This document shows, piece by piece, positions 8,922 through 18,775 of a stretch of DNA of 64,000 nucleotides (positions are counted from its first letter, which is position 1; every line of letters starts with the position of its first letter). The DNA is from Acidobacteriota bacterium (GTDB lineage: Bacteria; Acidobacteriota; Blastocatellia; Pyrinomonadales; Pyrinomonadaceae): positions 5,121-69,120 of the forward strand of contig JBDTZO010000124.1 in assembly GCA_040005135.1 (NCBI GenBank), in the 5' to 3' direction. A program made the translations under genes and the position numbers. Below the pieces are notes generated by a model. The model was not told the DNA's origin. It worked only from the letters and a program-made list of their open reading frames with translations, and ran no database searches.

Positions 8922-10003
8922 TGATAAAATGCCAGGCTGCCGTGATCGATTGGACGGCCGTTCGGCGAGTGCTCGTCATTCGACTCCGCTCGATCGGTGA
9001 CACGGTGCTGGCCACTCCGTCGCTGATCGCCCTCAGACGGTTCCTGCCTCATGCGAAAATAGATATCCTGCTCGAAAATTGGGTCGCTCCTGTACTCGAT
9101 GGATTTGACGCGGTCGATAATGTAATCACCGTCGGCAAAGGTTCGAGCGAACGGATAAAAACCGCATTCGATCTGCGTCGGCTCGGATACGACATTGTCT
9201 TTAATCTGCACGGCGGCACGACCTCTACCTTTTTTACCGCCGCGACGCGAGCGAAACACCGTGTCGGTTATGCCAATTATCAATATTCCGTTCTCTACAA
9301 TCGGCTTCTGTCTTCGTCGTCGGATTTCTGGCAACAGGAAAAAACGCACTCCGCTGAACAGCAGCTTGCCTTGCTCGGTTTCGTCGGTGTGCCTGTCGAT
9401 GATCGGCCAAAGACACGGCTTGAAGTAACGTCACAGGCAAGCGAGTCGCTGGAACATAAGCGCAACGCAACGACGCACAGACCCCAAAGTTTTGTCGACG
9501 CCCCCTATGCACTCTTCCATCCAACAAGTGCTTTTTTCACCAAGCAATGGGCGACTGAAAACTTCGCCCAGACGGCAGAGTTCCTGGCTGGCAGGGGCAT
9601 CCACACCATAGCCATCGCGTCAAAAAACGAAAACGAGGTTCTCTATGATCTTCAACGTGAATCGCGTGTTCCGATTTCGACATTTGATGACCTAACTCTT
9701 CCCGAGGTTACCGCTCTCGCGTCGAAAGCGGAAATTTTCGTCGGTAACGACTCGGGCATCGCCCATATCTCTGCGGCCGTCGAGACGCCATCTGTAGTGA
9801 TCTTCGGCTCCTCAAGCCGCCAACATTGGCGGCCGTGGACTGACGCACCGAATGAGATAGTTTTTCGCGAATTTTCTTGCCAGCCGTGTGCAGGCTACGC
9901 CTGCAAGGCGTTTGTCGAGCCGCGTTGCATTCTTAGTGTCCAGACATCGGACGTATTTGCCGCGATCGACCGCGTTCTCGGCGAAAAAAAAGCGGGCTCG
10001 TAA
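8921..10003 (+). CDS. Glycosyltransferase family 9 (LPS heptosyltransferase-like)
   Basis: VLVIRLRSIGDTVLATPSLIALRRFLP and FVGNDSGIAHISAA blocks. The start is moved from the track's 8849 to the in-frame ATG at 8921 (MIKCQAAV), which abuts the Trm112-like stop. Confidence 0.8.
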   Translation: MIKCQAAVIDWTAVRRVLVIRLRSIGDTVLATPSLIALRRFLPHAKIDILLENWVAPVLDGFDAVDNVITVGKGSSERIKTAFDLRRLGYDIVFNLHGGTTSTFFTAATRAKHRVGYANYQYSVLYNRLLSSSSDFWQQEKTHSAEQQLALLGFVGVPVDDRPKTRLEVTSQASESLEHKRNATTHRPQSFVDAPYALFHPTSAFFTKQWATENFAQTAEFLAGRGIHTIAIASKNENEVLYDLQRESRVPISTFDDLTLPEVTALASKAEIFVGNDSGIAHISAAVETPSVVIFGSSSRQHWRPWTDAPNEIVFREFSCQPCAGYACKAFVEPRCILSVQTSDVFAAIDRVLGEKKAGS

Positions 10004-10011
10004 AAGCCCGC
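9984..10011 (-). terminator. Intrinsic terminator for the minus-strand BON gene
   Basis: On the minus strand it reads GCGGGCT-TTTACG-AGCCCGC followed by TTTTTTTT. The hairpin lies inside the last codons and stop of the convergent GT9 gene. Confidence 0.55.
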
Positions 10012-10037
10012 ATCGGAACAAAAACCCAACTACGAGA

Positions 10038-10607
10038 CTACTTTTTATTAGCGTTCGAATGCTCCATGTTGGCGTTGCCCGACATGTTGGTCATCGAATC
10101 ATTCGGTGCGACCTTAAGCTCATTTACGACCTTTTTTTTGCCTTCGATACCGTTAGCAACCTGTTCGGCCTTGGCTTTTTGAGCAGCGTTTGCGACGGTG
10201 CCCTTAAGCGTGATTACATCGTTGACCACGTCGACATTGATCGTGGATTCCCGCAGGTCGCTGGTGGTGAGCAGTGCAGCCCGAGTTTTGAACCATAGCC
10301 AACTATCGTTTACTCCGGTTCCGATCGTGCTCACTCCTTTTTCCTTCTCGTAGTCAGCACGGCTTTTGTCGTACTCTTCGCGGCTCACGTTTGCGTCGTT
10401 CCAGCGATTGGTAGCGATGTTAGAATTAGAATTGACGAGCACCGCGTTCGAACTGGAGTTGTTAGTGCCCATGTTCGTCATTGCGTTCGTACTGCGATTC
10501 GCGTTGACCGAGACGTTCGTTGAAGATTCGCCGCAGCCCGCGAGAACACTGGAAGCGACCAGAACGGCGACTCCTAAATAAAATTTCACAGTCATAAGTT
10601 TCTCCAT
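10038..10607 (-). CDS. BON-domain lipoprotein (OsmY-like)
   Basis: Signal plus LAGC lipobox, an Asn/Ser-rich linker, then the BON block INVDVVNDVITLKGTVANAAQKAKAEQVANGIEGKKKVVNELKV. Confidence 0.8.
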   Translation of the reverse strand: MEKLMTVKFYLGVAVLVASSVLAGCGESSTNVSVNANRSTNAMTNMGTNNSSSNAVLVNSNSNIATNRWNDANVSREEYDKSRADYEKEKGVSTIGTGVNDSWLWFKTRAALLTTSDLRESTINVDVVNDVITLKGTVANAAQKAKAEQVANGIEGKKKVVNELKVAPNDSMTNMSGNANMEHSNANKK

Positions 10608-10729
10608 TTTTACCTAAACTTAGTTAAATTTGCCCGTAGCGTACAAAAGCAGAACACAGAATAACAAGATTAGTGTGCGTGGTCGGTATGACTGCATACG
10701 TTCTTTAATGGAGTCCGACGCTCGATTTC

Positions 10730-10758
10730 TTGACACTTTGCCCTCTAACGCTTAGTAT
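10730..10758 (+). promoter_or_regulatory. Sigma70-like promoter candidate for ffh
   Basis: TTGACA (10730-10735), a 17 nt spacer, then TAGTAT (10753-10758), about 37 nt upstream of the ffh ATG. Confidence 0.35.
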
Positions 10759-10794
10759 TTATAGTTTCGACTCTTGCGGCCGAATTGCGTCTTT

Positions 10795-12282
10795 ATGTTC
10801 GAATCGTTATCCGACAAACTCAAGAAATCGCTGAAGAATCTGCGCGGCCAGGGCAAACTTACGCCCGAGCACGTAGACGCGGCACTTCGCGAGATCCGGA
10901 TGGCGCTACTCGAAGCCGACGTTAACTACAAGGTCGCCAAGGATTTTGTCGAGGCGATCAGAGCAAAAGCCGAAGGACAGGACGTTTGGCAAGACCTGAA
11001 ACCACACGAACAGGTCGTCAAGATCGTTTACGACGAGCTATCCGAACTGATGGGCGGAACCTCATCGAGGCTGGTATTTACCAAGGCGATCCCGAACGTT
11101 GTGATGATCGTCGGTCTTCAAGGTTCCGGTAAGACGACCTCTACGGGTAAGATCTCACGCTGGCTCGCCGATAATCAGGAGAGAAAGCCACTGCTGGTAT
11201 CGGTAGACGTTTATCGTCCGGCCGCACGCGAGCAGCTCAAGGTCGTTGCGAACGCTGTTGGTACGGCGGTTTACGAAGATAAGTTGACGAACGATCCGAT
11301 GACCTTGGTGCGTGGGGCTATGAAGCACGCGGCCGAAGTTGGATTCGATACGCTGATGATCGACACCGCCGGTCGTCTGCACATTGACGACGATCTGATG
11401 GTCGAGCTCGAGCGGATCAAGGCCGAGACCAAGCCGGTTGAAGTCCTGTTCGTCGCCGACGCGATGACCGGCCAGGATGCAGTGCGTTCGGCTGAGGTTT
11501 TTCACGAGAGAGTTGGTATAACCGGTGTCGTCCTTACCAAGATGGACGGCGACGCTCGCGGCGGTGCGGCCCTTTCGATCAAACAGGTCATTGGCCAGCC
11601 CGTAAAGTTCGTCGGCGTCGGCGAAAAATACGACGCGATCGAGCCGTTTTATCCTGATCGTATTGCCCAGCGGATCCTGGGAATGGGTGACGTTCTTTCG
11701 CTCATCGAGGAAGTTCAGGGGAAGATCGACGAAAAGGACGCGCAGGAACAACTGCGAAAAATGACGAGCAATCAGTTTACGCTCGAAGATTTTCGCAACC
11801 AGCTCGGTCAGTTCAAAAAGCTCGGCTCAATGTCCAAGTTGATGAAAATGCTGCCCGAGCAGATGACCGGCGGCCTGCAGATTTCGGATGAGCAGTCAGC
11901 TGAGGTCGATCAGCAGATGCGTAAGACCGAGGCGATCATCGATTCGATGACAAGGCTCGAGCGAAATAATTATAAGGTGATCGACGCCAGCCGAAAGACG
12001 CGTATTGCCGGCGGCTCGGGTTCGACGATATCAGATATCAATCAGCTCATCCGACAATATGAGCAGATGCGAAAGATGATGGCCCAGATGAATCGCGGCG
12101 GCCTGCTCGGCGGCCTCGGCAAGAAAATGATGGGCGGTCTCGCCGGCGGCTTGGGCAATATGATTGGCGGCGGCGGAATGGGTGGAATGCTTGGCAGCGG
12201 TTCGGATATGGAAGACGAAGATCAGAACGGTTCGCCTGCGCGAAGCATCCGAAAGAAAAAGAGGCACAAGAAAAAGAGATAG
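10795..12282 (+). CDS. ffh: Signal recognition particle protein Ffh
   Basis: MFESLSDKLKKSLKNLRG, GLQGSGKTTSTGKI, DTAGRL, TKMDGDARGGAALS. The M domain is followed by a Gly/Met-rich and polybasic tail. The start is set at the conserved MFE..L motif rather than the track's TTG at 10774. Confidence 0.95.
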   Translation: MFESLSDKLKKSLKNLRGQGKLTPEHVDAALREIRMALLEADVNYKVAKDFVEAIRAKAEGQDVWQDLKPHEQVVKIVYDELSELMGGTSSRLVFTKAIPNVVMIVGLQGSGKTTSTGKISRWLADNQERKPLLVSVDVYRPAAREQLKVVANAVGTAVYEDKLTNDPMTLVRGAMKHAAEVGFDTLMIDTAGRLHIDDDLMVELERIKAETKPVEVLFVADAMTGQDAVRSAEVFHERVGITGVVLTKMDGDARGGAALSIKQVIGQPVKFVGVGEKYDAIEPFYPDRIAQRILGMGDVLSLIEEVQGKIDEKDAQEQLRKMTSNQFTLEDFRNQLGQFKKLGSMSKLMKMLPEQMTGGLQISDEQSAEVDQQMRKTEAIIDSMTRLERNNYKVIDASRKTRIAGGSGSTISDINQLIRQYEQMRKMMAQMNRGGLLGGLGKKMMGGLAGGLGNMIGGGGMGGMLGSGSDMEDEDQNGSPARSIRKKKRHKKKR

Positions 12283-12347
12283 TTTTTCGGCGAGGCGGGC
12301 CGCGAACAAAGCGTTCTGTGTCATCGGAAGGATTTTACGGAGAAAAT

Positions 12348-12608
12348 ATGTTAGCAATTAGCTTAATGAGAATGGGTGCGAAAGGGAAGCCCTTTTATCG
12401 CCTTGTGGTGAAGGAAAAGCGTAGCAAACGAGATGGCAAGTATCTCGAAAACGTGGGTACTTACAATCCAATGCTGAATCCGGCGGCAGTCGTGCTTAAT
12501 CACGAACGAATCCAGTATTGGATCGGCGTGGGAGCTCAGCCGACGGAAACGGTCAAGAGCCTGATCAAACACAATCCGGCAGTCGCAGACGAGACAGCGG
12601 CGGTATAA
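12348..12608 (+). CDS. rpsP: 30S ribosomal protein S16
   Basis: MLAISLMRMGAKGKPFYRLVVKEKRSKRDGKYLENVGTYNP. A GGAG SD lies 5 nt upstream of this ATG. Confidence 0.92.
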   Translation: MLAISLMRMGAKGKPFYRLVVKEKRSKRDGKYLENVGTYNPMLNPAAVVLNHERIQYWIGVGAQPTETVKSLIKHNPAVADETAAV

Positions 12609-12690
12609 TTCTAGAGTACAGGTCTCTTTGGGTCGGTATTCCAGAATCTGGAAATTTCGAGTCTCTGGGAACTCGGTCGACTTTTAAGTC

Positions 12691-12924
12691 ATGAAAGAAG
12701 CTGTTGAACGTATTATAAGATCTTTGGTCGGCGAGCCAGATGCGGTCGAGGTGAATGAAAATGCGGACGGCAAGAATGTCCGAATCGAAGTTCGCGTCGC
12801 GGCACACGACATGGGCCGCATCATCGGGCGCGAGGGACGTACGGTCAAGGCACTTCGCAGCATACTTTTCATTGCCGGACAAAAGCAAGGCAAGCGTTTT
12901 CAACTCGACCTGCTCGAGGATTAA
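12691..12924 (+). CDS. KH-domain RNA-binding protein (YlqC/UPF0109)
   Basis: GRIIGREGRTVKALRSIL (GxxG KH core). It holds the conserved position between rpsP and rimM. Confidence 0.85.
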   Translation: MKEAVERIIRSLVGEPDAVEVNENADGKNVRIEVRVAAHDMGRIIGREGRTVKALRSILFIAGQKQGKRFQLDLLED

Positions 12925-12945
12925 CGTAGAAACGTAGGTTTTGCA

Positions 12946-13458
12946 ATGGAAGAGCTCGTAGCTATAGCCAGACTGGTCAAGACCCGAGGCCTGAAAGGTG
13001 AGCTTGCAGCCGAGCTTTTGACCGATTTTCCTGAGCGGTTCGAAAACCTAGACGCCGTCACCGCGATCAGGCCGGACGGGAGCCGTCTCAGCCTGAATAT
13101 CGCAAATGTTTGGTTTCAGAATGGCCGCGTTATTCTCCGGTTTGAGGGCTACGGAACGATCGAAACCGCGGAGGAACTTCGCGGATGTGAGATTTGCGTT
13201 CCTGAGTCCCAGGCGGTGGAACTTGATGATGATGAGTTCTTTGATTGGCAACTGCAGGGTTGCCGCGTCGAGACGCTTGGTGGCGAGTCCGTGGGGACGG
13301 TCATCGAAGTCCTGAGAAACGGCGGTACTGAGATCTTGGTGGTCAAGAATGGCGACAAAGATCATTTGATTCCGTTCGCTCAGACGATTTGCCCCGAGGT
13401 GGATATCGACAACAAGCTGATCCGGATCGATCCGCCGGAAGGATTGCTCGATTTTTAG
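12946..13458 (+). CDS. rimM: 16S rRNA processing protein RimM
   Basis: VAIARLVKTRGLKGEL at the N-terminus, a PRC-barrel C-terminus (LIPFAQTICPEVDIDNKLIRIDPPEGLL), and synteny. Confidence 0.9.
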   Translation: MEELVAIARLVKTRGLKGELAAELLTDFPERFENLDAVTAIRPDGSRLSLNIANVWFQNGRVILRFEGYGTIETAEELRGCEICVPESQAVELDDDEFFDWQLQGCRVETLGGESVGTVIEVLRNGGTEILVVKNGDKDHLIPFAQTICPEVDIDNKLIRIDPPEGLLDF

Positions 13459-13604
13459 CCGATCGCCCTGGACGGCAGGCGCCCTCGTCTTTGAGCCTTC
13501 GATAGAACGCCGTCGAGCGTTACGGCAATTCAAGTCGAGGAATGCCAGTAATTTTCACGCCGGACGAGCCGGCGTTGCCGCCGAGGGCGGCCGCGTTCCC
13601 GGCA

Positions 13605-14318
13605 ATGAAGATCGACGTTTTAACAATTTTCCCAGAGTTCTTTGAGCAGGTCTTTGATTTTGGAATCATTCGCCGGGCAAGACTCGCTAAAATAGTCGAG
13701 ATCGGGATTCACGACATCCGCGATTTTGCGACCGACAAGCATCGAATGGTAGACGATCGGCCGTTTGGCGGCGGCGACGGGATGGTCTTCAAGCCCGAAC
13801 CCATTTTTGCCGCGATCGAGAATTTGTTAGGGACGAGCGAACCCGAATCGTATCCGGCAGGCACCCGTGTTGTGCTGCTATCGCCGCAGGGTAGGCCATT
13901 TAAGCAGGGTGTGGCGACCGAATTCGCCCAGGAAGCAACGCATATCGTCATGATTTGCGGCCGTTACGAAGGAATCGATGAAAGAGTGAATGAGACGCTC
14001 GTCACAGATGAGATATCGATCGGCGATTACGTTCTCTCAGGTGGCGAACCAGCGGCAGTAGTGATGGTCGATTCAATAGTTCGGCTTTTGCCTGAGGCCT
14101 TAGGTAGCGGAACGTCTGCTGCCAACGACTCTTTCTCGGACGGATTGCTCGATTGTCCGCACTATACAAGGCCGGCCGAGTTTAGAGGGATGAGAGTCCC
14201 CGAAGTTTTACTTAACGGCAATCATGCCGAAATTGAAAAATGGCGCAAGTCCAAAGCGCTCGAAAAAACGAGGTCGTCGAGAGGCGATCTATTATCAGGA
14301 GATAAGGGTGACATGTGA
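13605..14318 (+). CDS. trmD: tRNA (guanine37-N1)-methyltransferase
   Basis: [46 protein letters not shown]. The start is set at the conserved MKIDVLT. Confidence 0.93.
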   Translation: MKIDVLTIFPEFFEQVFDFGIIRRARLAKIVEIGIHDIRDFATDKHRMVDDRPFGGGDGMVFKPEPIFAAIENLLGTSEPESYPAGTRVVLLSPQGRPFKQGVATEFAQEATHIVMICGRYEGIDERVNETLVTDEISIGDYVLSGGEPAAVVMVDSIVRLLPEALGSGTSAANDSFSDGLLDCPHYTRPAEFRGMRVPEVLLNGNHAEIEKWRKSKALEKTRSSRGDLLSGDKGDM

Positions 14319-14357
14319 ACGGCTCAATATGCCGCTGACCTCTGGCCCGCTACAAAA

Positions 14358-14723
14358 ATGAATAGATTAGACGGTGTCGAAGCGACACAAATGAAAGAAT
14401 CAACTCCGGTTTTCCAGCCTGGCGATACGCTCCGTGTTCACGTCCGTATCAAGGAAGGGAATAAGGAACGTTTGCAGGCCTTTGAAGGCGTTTGTATCGC
14501 CCGCAAGCACGGAGGTGTTCGCGAAACCGTTACGGTCCGTAAGGTAAGCTTTGGCGTTGGCGTCGAGCGTATCTTTCCGCTCCATGCGACAGTGGTCGAT
14601 CACATCGACGTGATCCGTCATGGTAAAGTGCGTCGTGCAAAGCTCTATTACCTTCGCGATCTGCGTGGTAAGGCTGCCCGTATCAAGGAACGCGATACAC
14701 GCGGTAAAGCCAAAAAGGCGTAA
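14358..14723 (+). CDS. rplS: 50S ribosomal protein L19
   Basis: [39 protein letters not shown] and [20 protein letters not shown]. Confidence 0.95.
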   Translation: MNRLDGVEATQMKESTPVFQPGDTLRVHVRIKEGNKERLQAFEGVCIARKHGGVRETVTVRKVSFGVGVERIFPLHATVVDHIDVIRHGKVRRAKLYYLRDLRGKAARIKERDTRGKAKKA

Positions 14724-14742
14724 CCCGTCAGGAGAAAAAGAA

Positions 14743-15459
14743 GTGAAAAACGCGAGAGTTTCGGATTCATTCGGTTTGGGTGAGTCCGAGCCTCGCGTTT
14801 CTCTTTTTGAAGATGTCGTCATTGACGGTATCGGGCTGATATTTGAAAGGCTTGCGGTAGACGAAGGGTTTCGCTACGTCGCGGGCCTCGACGAAGTTGG
14901 CCGCGGCTGTCTCGCTGGTCCGGTTGTCGCCGCTGCCTGTATTCTGGATCACGATAAACGGCTGCCGGACGGACTCGACGACTCCAAAAAACTCACGGCT
15001 AAGAAACGCGAAGAGATCGCCGCTGAGCTAAAAAATAACTGCGTCGCATATGCCGTAGGTCAGATCGAGGCCGATGAGATCGACCGGATCAATATTCTGG
15101 AGGCTACCAAACAAGCGATGCTGATCGCCATCGCCGGCCTTTCGCCATCGGCGGATTATTTGTTGATCGACGCGCTCCGCTTAAAACAAAGCCCGCTCAG
15201 GCAAAAATCGATCATCAGAGGAGATGGCATTTCGGCCTCGATCGCTGCCGCATCGATCCTCGCAAAGGTGTTTCGGGATGCTCTGATGACCGGATATCAC
15301 GACGAATTTCCACACTATGGGTTCGCCGGGCACAAGGGCTACGCCGCTGCGACCCATTATGCCGCCCTTCGCGAGCACGGACCGTGTAGGATCCATCGAA
15401 TGAGTTTTCGAGGAGTTGTGACAGATCAGAATTCGATCCAGTCCGTCGGTTCCTTATGA
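14743..15459 (+). CDS. rnhB: Ribonuclease HII
   Basis: VAGLDEVGRGCLAGPVVAAACIL, DSKKLTAKKRE, ASIAAASILAKV. I chose the GTG at 14743, preceded by AGGAGA, so the ORF does not overlap rplS. The exact start is uncertain. Confidence 0.85.
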   Translation: MKNARVSDSFGLGESEPRVSLFEDVVIDGIGLIFERLAVDEGFRYVAGLDEVGRGCLAGPVVAAACILDHDKRLPDGLDDSKKLTAKKREEIAAELKNNCVAYAVGQIEADEIDRINILEATKQAMLIAIAGLSPSADYLLIDALRLKQSPLRQKSIIRGDGISASIAAASILAKVFRDALMTGYHDEFPHYGFAGHKGYAAATHYAALREHGPCRIHRMSFRGVVTDQNSIQSVGSL

Positions 15460-16256
15460 TGTGAGATCGTTACAGTAGTTTCGGCTCTGAAAAGCGGGGA
15501 ACGCATCTGCAATGCGGACTCGGCCATCAGTCGGGCAAGATGAGGTTCGTTGGCCCTTTGGGATAGGTGAGCGAGCACGACGTAGCGGGCAGATCCGTCA
15601 AAGTCGTTTTGCAGCCAGTCGGCGAGATCCTCGTTCGAGAGGTGTCCGGTCCGGGAGAGAATCCGCTGCTTGAGTTCCCACGTGTAAACCGAACACGCCC
15701 GCAGCATGTCGCGGCTGTGGTTCGATTCGATAACTATCGCGTCGCATCGGCACAGCCGCTCTTTAATAAGATCGGTCATGTGGCCAAAATCCATCAGGGT
15801 CGCGATCCTCAAGCCGTCCTTTTTTGCTACAAACCCAAAATTATCGGCCGCGTCATGCGGCACACAGAACGGTTCAAAATCGAGATCGCCAATTCGGAAC
15901 TCTTGGTCGGATTCTATCTCAATGGTGCGGCCTTTCAGCGAAACCTGACGTTTGGACGATTCACTGCTGCCATTCGCCCCACCGGCCCGTGTGTCGTAGA
16001 AGGAGTCTTCGGTCGCTCGAGAGATGTAGACGGGACATGTCACCGAATTGAGCAGCACCCGCAGCCCTCCGGCGTGATCGCTATGTTCATGGGTGATGAG
16101 AACCGCGTCGAGGTCCTCACGATCGACGCCGACAAGAGCTAGCCGACGCAAGATCTCTCGGGCGCTCATTCCGGCATCCACGAGGACGTTAGTCTTTTCG
16201 GTGGATATCAAGACCGAATTGCCGGTCGAGCCGCTGCCGAGAACGGTGAATCTCAT
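15426..16256 (-). CDS. MBL-fold metallo-hydrolase (YycJ/PhnP-like)
   Basis: MRFTVLGSGSTGN and ITHEHSDHAGG (HxHxDH). Confidence 0.85.
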   Translation of the reverse strand: MRFTVLGSGSTGNSVLISTEKTNVLVDAGMSAREILRRLALVGVDREDLDAVLITHEHSDHAGGLRVLLNSVTCPVYISRATEDSFYDTRAGGANGSSESSKRQVSLKGRTIEIESDQEFRIGDLDFEPFCVPHDAADNFGFVAKKDGLRIATLMDFGHMTDLIKERLCRCDAIVIESNHSRDMLRACSVYTWELKQRILSRTGHLSNEDLADWLQNDFDGSARYVVLAHLSQRANEPHLARLMAESALQMRSPLFRAETTVTISHHKEPTDWIEF

Positions 16257-17038
16257 TTATCTCCCTGAAACTTGGGCCTCAAGGCCTTGGCCATTGCCCG
16301 TGTAGTAATTGCGTGGGGCACGTATCCGCCGAGGAACGCACCAAGCTTATTAGCAAGGCCGGAAACGACCTTTCTTCGCCCGCTTTTAATTGCGCTCATC
16401 GCTGTTTCGATGACGTCATCGACGGACTGCTGACCCTTGACCTGAATGGGCCGCTCGATGTTGGACGCGGCAAAAAAATTGGTCTTGGTCGATCCGGGAC
16501 ACAAGGCGAGCACTTGGATCCCGTATGGTGCATTTTCTTCGGCGATCGCCTCAGAAAACGACGAGACAAAAGCTTTGGTCGCCGCGTACGTAGCCATGAA
16601 CGGTATCGGTTGAAAGCCGGCGGCCGATGACACATTTATTATCTTGCCGCCTTTGCGTTCGCGCATCGGGCCGAGATATCGGTGCGTCAGTGCCACGAGC
16701 GAGCGAATATTCAGATCGATCATCTGCAGTTCCGTGCCCCGATCAAGTTTGGCAAAATCACCGCTTGAGCCGAACCCGGCGTTATTTATGAGCCATTCGA
16801 CTTCAAATCCATGTTTTTCCGTCTCGGCCCACAACGTCGCATCCGCGTCCGGATCGGTCAGGTCTAGCACCACATAGTGCGCAGTTATATGATGCTTTAG
16901 CATTAATTCGTCACACAGTTCATGCAGGGCCATTTCCGAGCGCGCAACAAGCAAGAGATTATGTTGTTCGGCCGAGAGCCGACGTGCAAAGGCCTCACCT
17001 ATTCCGCTCGATGCACCAGTGATCAGCGTTACTTTCAT
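16253..17038 (-). CDS. SDR-family oxidoreductase
   Basis: TGASSGIGEAFARRL, NNAG, YAATKAF. ATGA overlaps at both ends suggest translational coupling. Confidence 0.9.
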   Translation of the reverse strand: MKVTLITGASSGIGEAFARRLSAEQHNLLLVARSEMALHELCDELMLKHHITAHYVVLDLTDPDADATLWAETEKHGFEVEWLINNAGFGSSGDFAKLDRGTELQMIDLNIRSLVALTHRYLGPMRERKGGKIINVSSAAGFQPIPFMATYAATKAFVSSFSEAIAEENAPYGIQVLALCPGSTKTNFFAASNIERPIQVKGQQSVDDVIETAMSAIKSGRRKVVSGLANKLGAFLGGYVPHAITTRAMAKALRPKFQGDK

Positions 17039-17562
17039 ATATCTTCGGCCTCTTCGTCGGGCTTACGAAACGAAAAATAAATTGCCATGAGGATCGCAAC
17101 TATTATAATTACCGTTCCAGCGAATCTGATAACCTTTGCGACGCCCTTTGTCGAATCGAGCAGGCCCGTTGCGGTCAGCAAATAATTCCAATCGTGAAAG
17201 CTGCCTTCGCTGCCTGTAAAGCCGCTCGTCAGCACCAATTGCCCAACAATCGCGTCCGAGGCATAGACCCACACGTTCAAGATACTTTGGCCCACCCAAA
17301 GCACTAGGATCGCAGCGGAATAATAGCTCCGCTGCCAAAAAGCGAAATAAGCCGCAAACACTGCCGGGAAGATCACCTGGAACAGTGAACCGCCCGCGAC
17401 CATCAAAAATTCGCCGAATGGTCTGAACAACAGGTGGCCCGTTTCGTGGATCGGTAGATCGACGTTGTCCAAAAAACTGCCCTGCATCGGATCGTACGCG
17501 ATCCAGAGAATATAAATGCTCGCGATGGCCGCAAATATCAGTTTTGGCACATTGGGCTTCAT
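17035..17562 (-). CDS. Small polytopic membrane protein with an HExxH motif (putative membrane metalloprotease-like)
   Basis: Five or six hydrophobic segments, with LPIHETGHLLF after the first. I could not confirm a family by eye. Confidence 0.55.
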   Translation of the reverse strand: MKPNVPKLIFAAIASIYILWIAYDPMQGSFLDNVDLPIHETGHLLFRPFGEFLMVAGGSLFQVIFPAVFAAYFAFWQRSYYSAAILVLWVGQSILNVWVYASDAIVGQLVLTSGFTGSEGSFHDWNYLLTATGLLDSTKGVAKVIRFAGTVIIIVAILMAIYFSFRKPDEEAEDI

Positions 17563-17571
17563 ATTCGGGTA

Positions 17572-18120
17572 TCAGATCAATCTGATGTTAATGTCGTCAC
17601 TCTTTGGCCGCAGAAACTCTTCGCTCGAGATCGCGTAGTAAACGACCTCCATGCCATAATGTTCGCCCGATCTTTCGTAGTGCATACCGCACTTTTCCAT
17701 GATCCGCCACGAGCCTTTGTTGTCGGGATGTGCGACAGCTACGATGCGCTCCAGTCCCGCGATCTCAAAGCCATATTTAAGCCACGCCATCGCGCACTCG
17801 TAACCGTAGCCGTGGCGCCAATACTGCTCCGACAGGTTATAGCCGATCTCGATCTCACCGGTATCATCAAGCGGTACGAGGCCGCTGGTACCGATCTTCG
17901 CCCCGTTCGACTTGAGCGACATGACAGAAAAGCCGAAACCGAACTTTTCATAGCTCGCGAGATAAAACGTCATCCGATCGGCAAGCCGTTCGGCGTTCTG
18001 AAGATCCGGGCCTCCCATATAACGGTTGACCGAGTCCGGCGAACGCATTTCGATGAGCCATTCGAGATCGTCGGCGGTGATCTTTCGGATAATTATGCGT
18101 TCGGTTTCGAGCGTATCCAT
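17572..18120 (-). CDS. GNAT-family N-acetyltransferase (RimJ/RimL-like)
   Basis: TERIIIRKITADDLEWL and YWRHGYGYECAMAWLKYGFE blocks. Confidence 0.85.
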   Translation of the reverse strand: MDTLETERIIIRKITADDLEWLIEMRSPDSVNRYMGGPDLQNAERLADRMTFYLASYEKFGFGFSVMSLKSNGAKIGTSGLVPLDDTGEIEIGYNLSEQYWRHGYGYECAMAWLKYGFEIAGLERIVAVAHPDNKGSWRIMEKCGMHYERSGEHYGMEVVYYAISSEEFLRPKSDDINIRLI

Positions 18121-18126
18121 AGCTAT

Positions 18127-18771
18127 TTACGGCGAAAGACGCGAAATGTGCCAACCCCCGTTGTCCAACTCATAACAGATGCGGTCGTGCAGCCGACTCT
18201 CGCGTCCCTGCCAGAATTCGAATCGGTCAGGCACGATGCGAAAGCCACCCCAGTGCGGCGGTCTCGGCACATTGCCGCTTGCGTATTTCACGACCAACCG
18301 AGCCACACGCTTGATCAATACCATTCTCGAATCGATCGGTTCGCTTTGTTTCGAGGCCCACGCCCCGACGCGGCTTGCGTACGGCCGTGACTGAAAGTAA
18401 TTGTCCGATTCCTCGGGCGAAACGCGCTTCGCCGAACCGCTGATGTTTATCTGCCGCTCTAGGTCCGGCCAGAAAAAATGTATGGCCGCGTTCGGATTGC
18501 CCGCGAGTTCACGACCCTTTCGGCTTTTGTAATTGGTATAAAAAACAAATCCTTCGTCATCAAAACCTTTCAGAAGGACGACGCGGGATGATGGCCGCCC
18601 GTCCGACGACACCGTCGCGAGCACCATCGCTGTGGGCTCAGGAATCTCCGATCTCAGGGTATCTTCCATCCACTTGGAGAATTGCTCAAATGGGTCTGCC
18701 GAAACTGATGTCTCGTTCAGTTCGCTCTTTGAATAGTCCTTTCGTAGATCCGCGAGATTTGCTTTGAGCAT
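18127..18771 (-). CDS. pdxH: Pyridoxamine 5-prime-phosphate oxidase
   Basis: DPFEQFSKWMEDT, PTAMVLATVSSDGRPSSRVVLLKG, FEFWQGRESRLHDR. Confidence 0.92.
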   Translation of the reverse strand: MLKANLADLRKDYSKSELNETSVSADPFEQFSKWMEDTLRSEIPEPTAMVLATVSSDGRPSSRVVLLKGFDDEGFVFYTNYKSRKGRELAGNPNAAIHFFWPDLERQINISGSAKRVSPEESDNYFQSRPYASRVGAWASKQSEPIDSRMVLIKRVARLVVKYASGNVPRPPHWGGFRIVPDRFEFWQGRESRLHDRICYELDNGGWHISRLSP

Positions 18772-18775
18772 GCAA

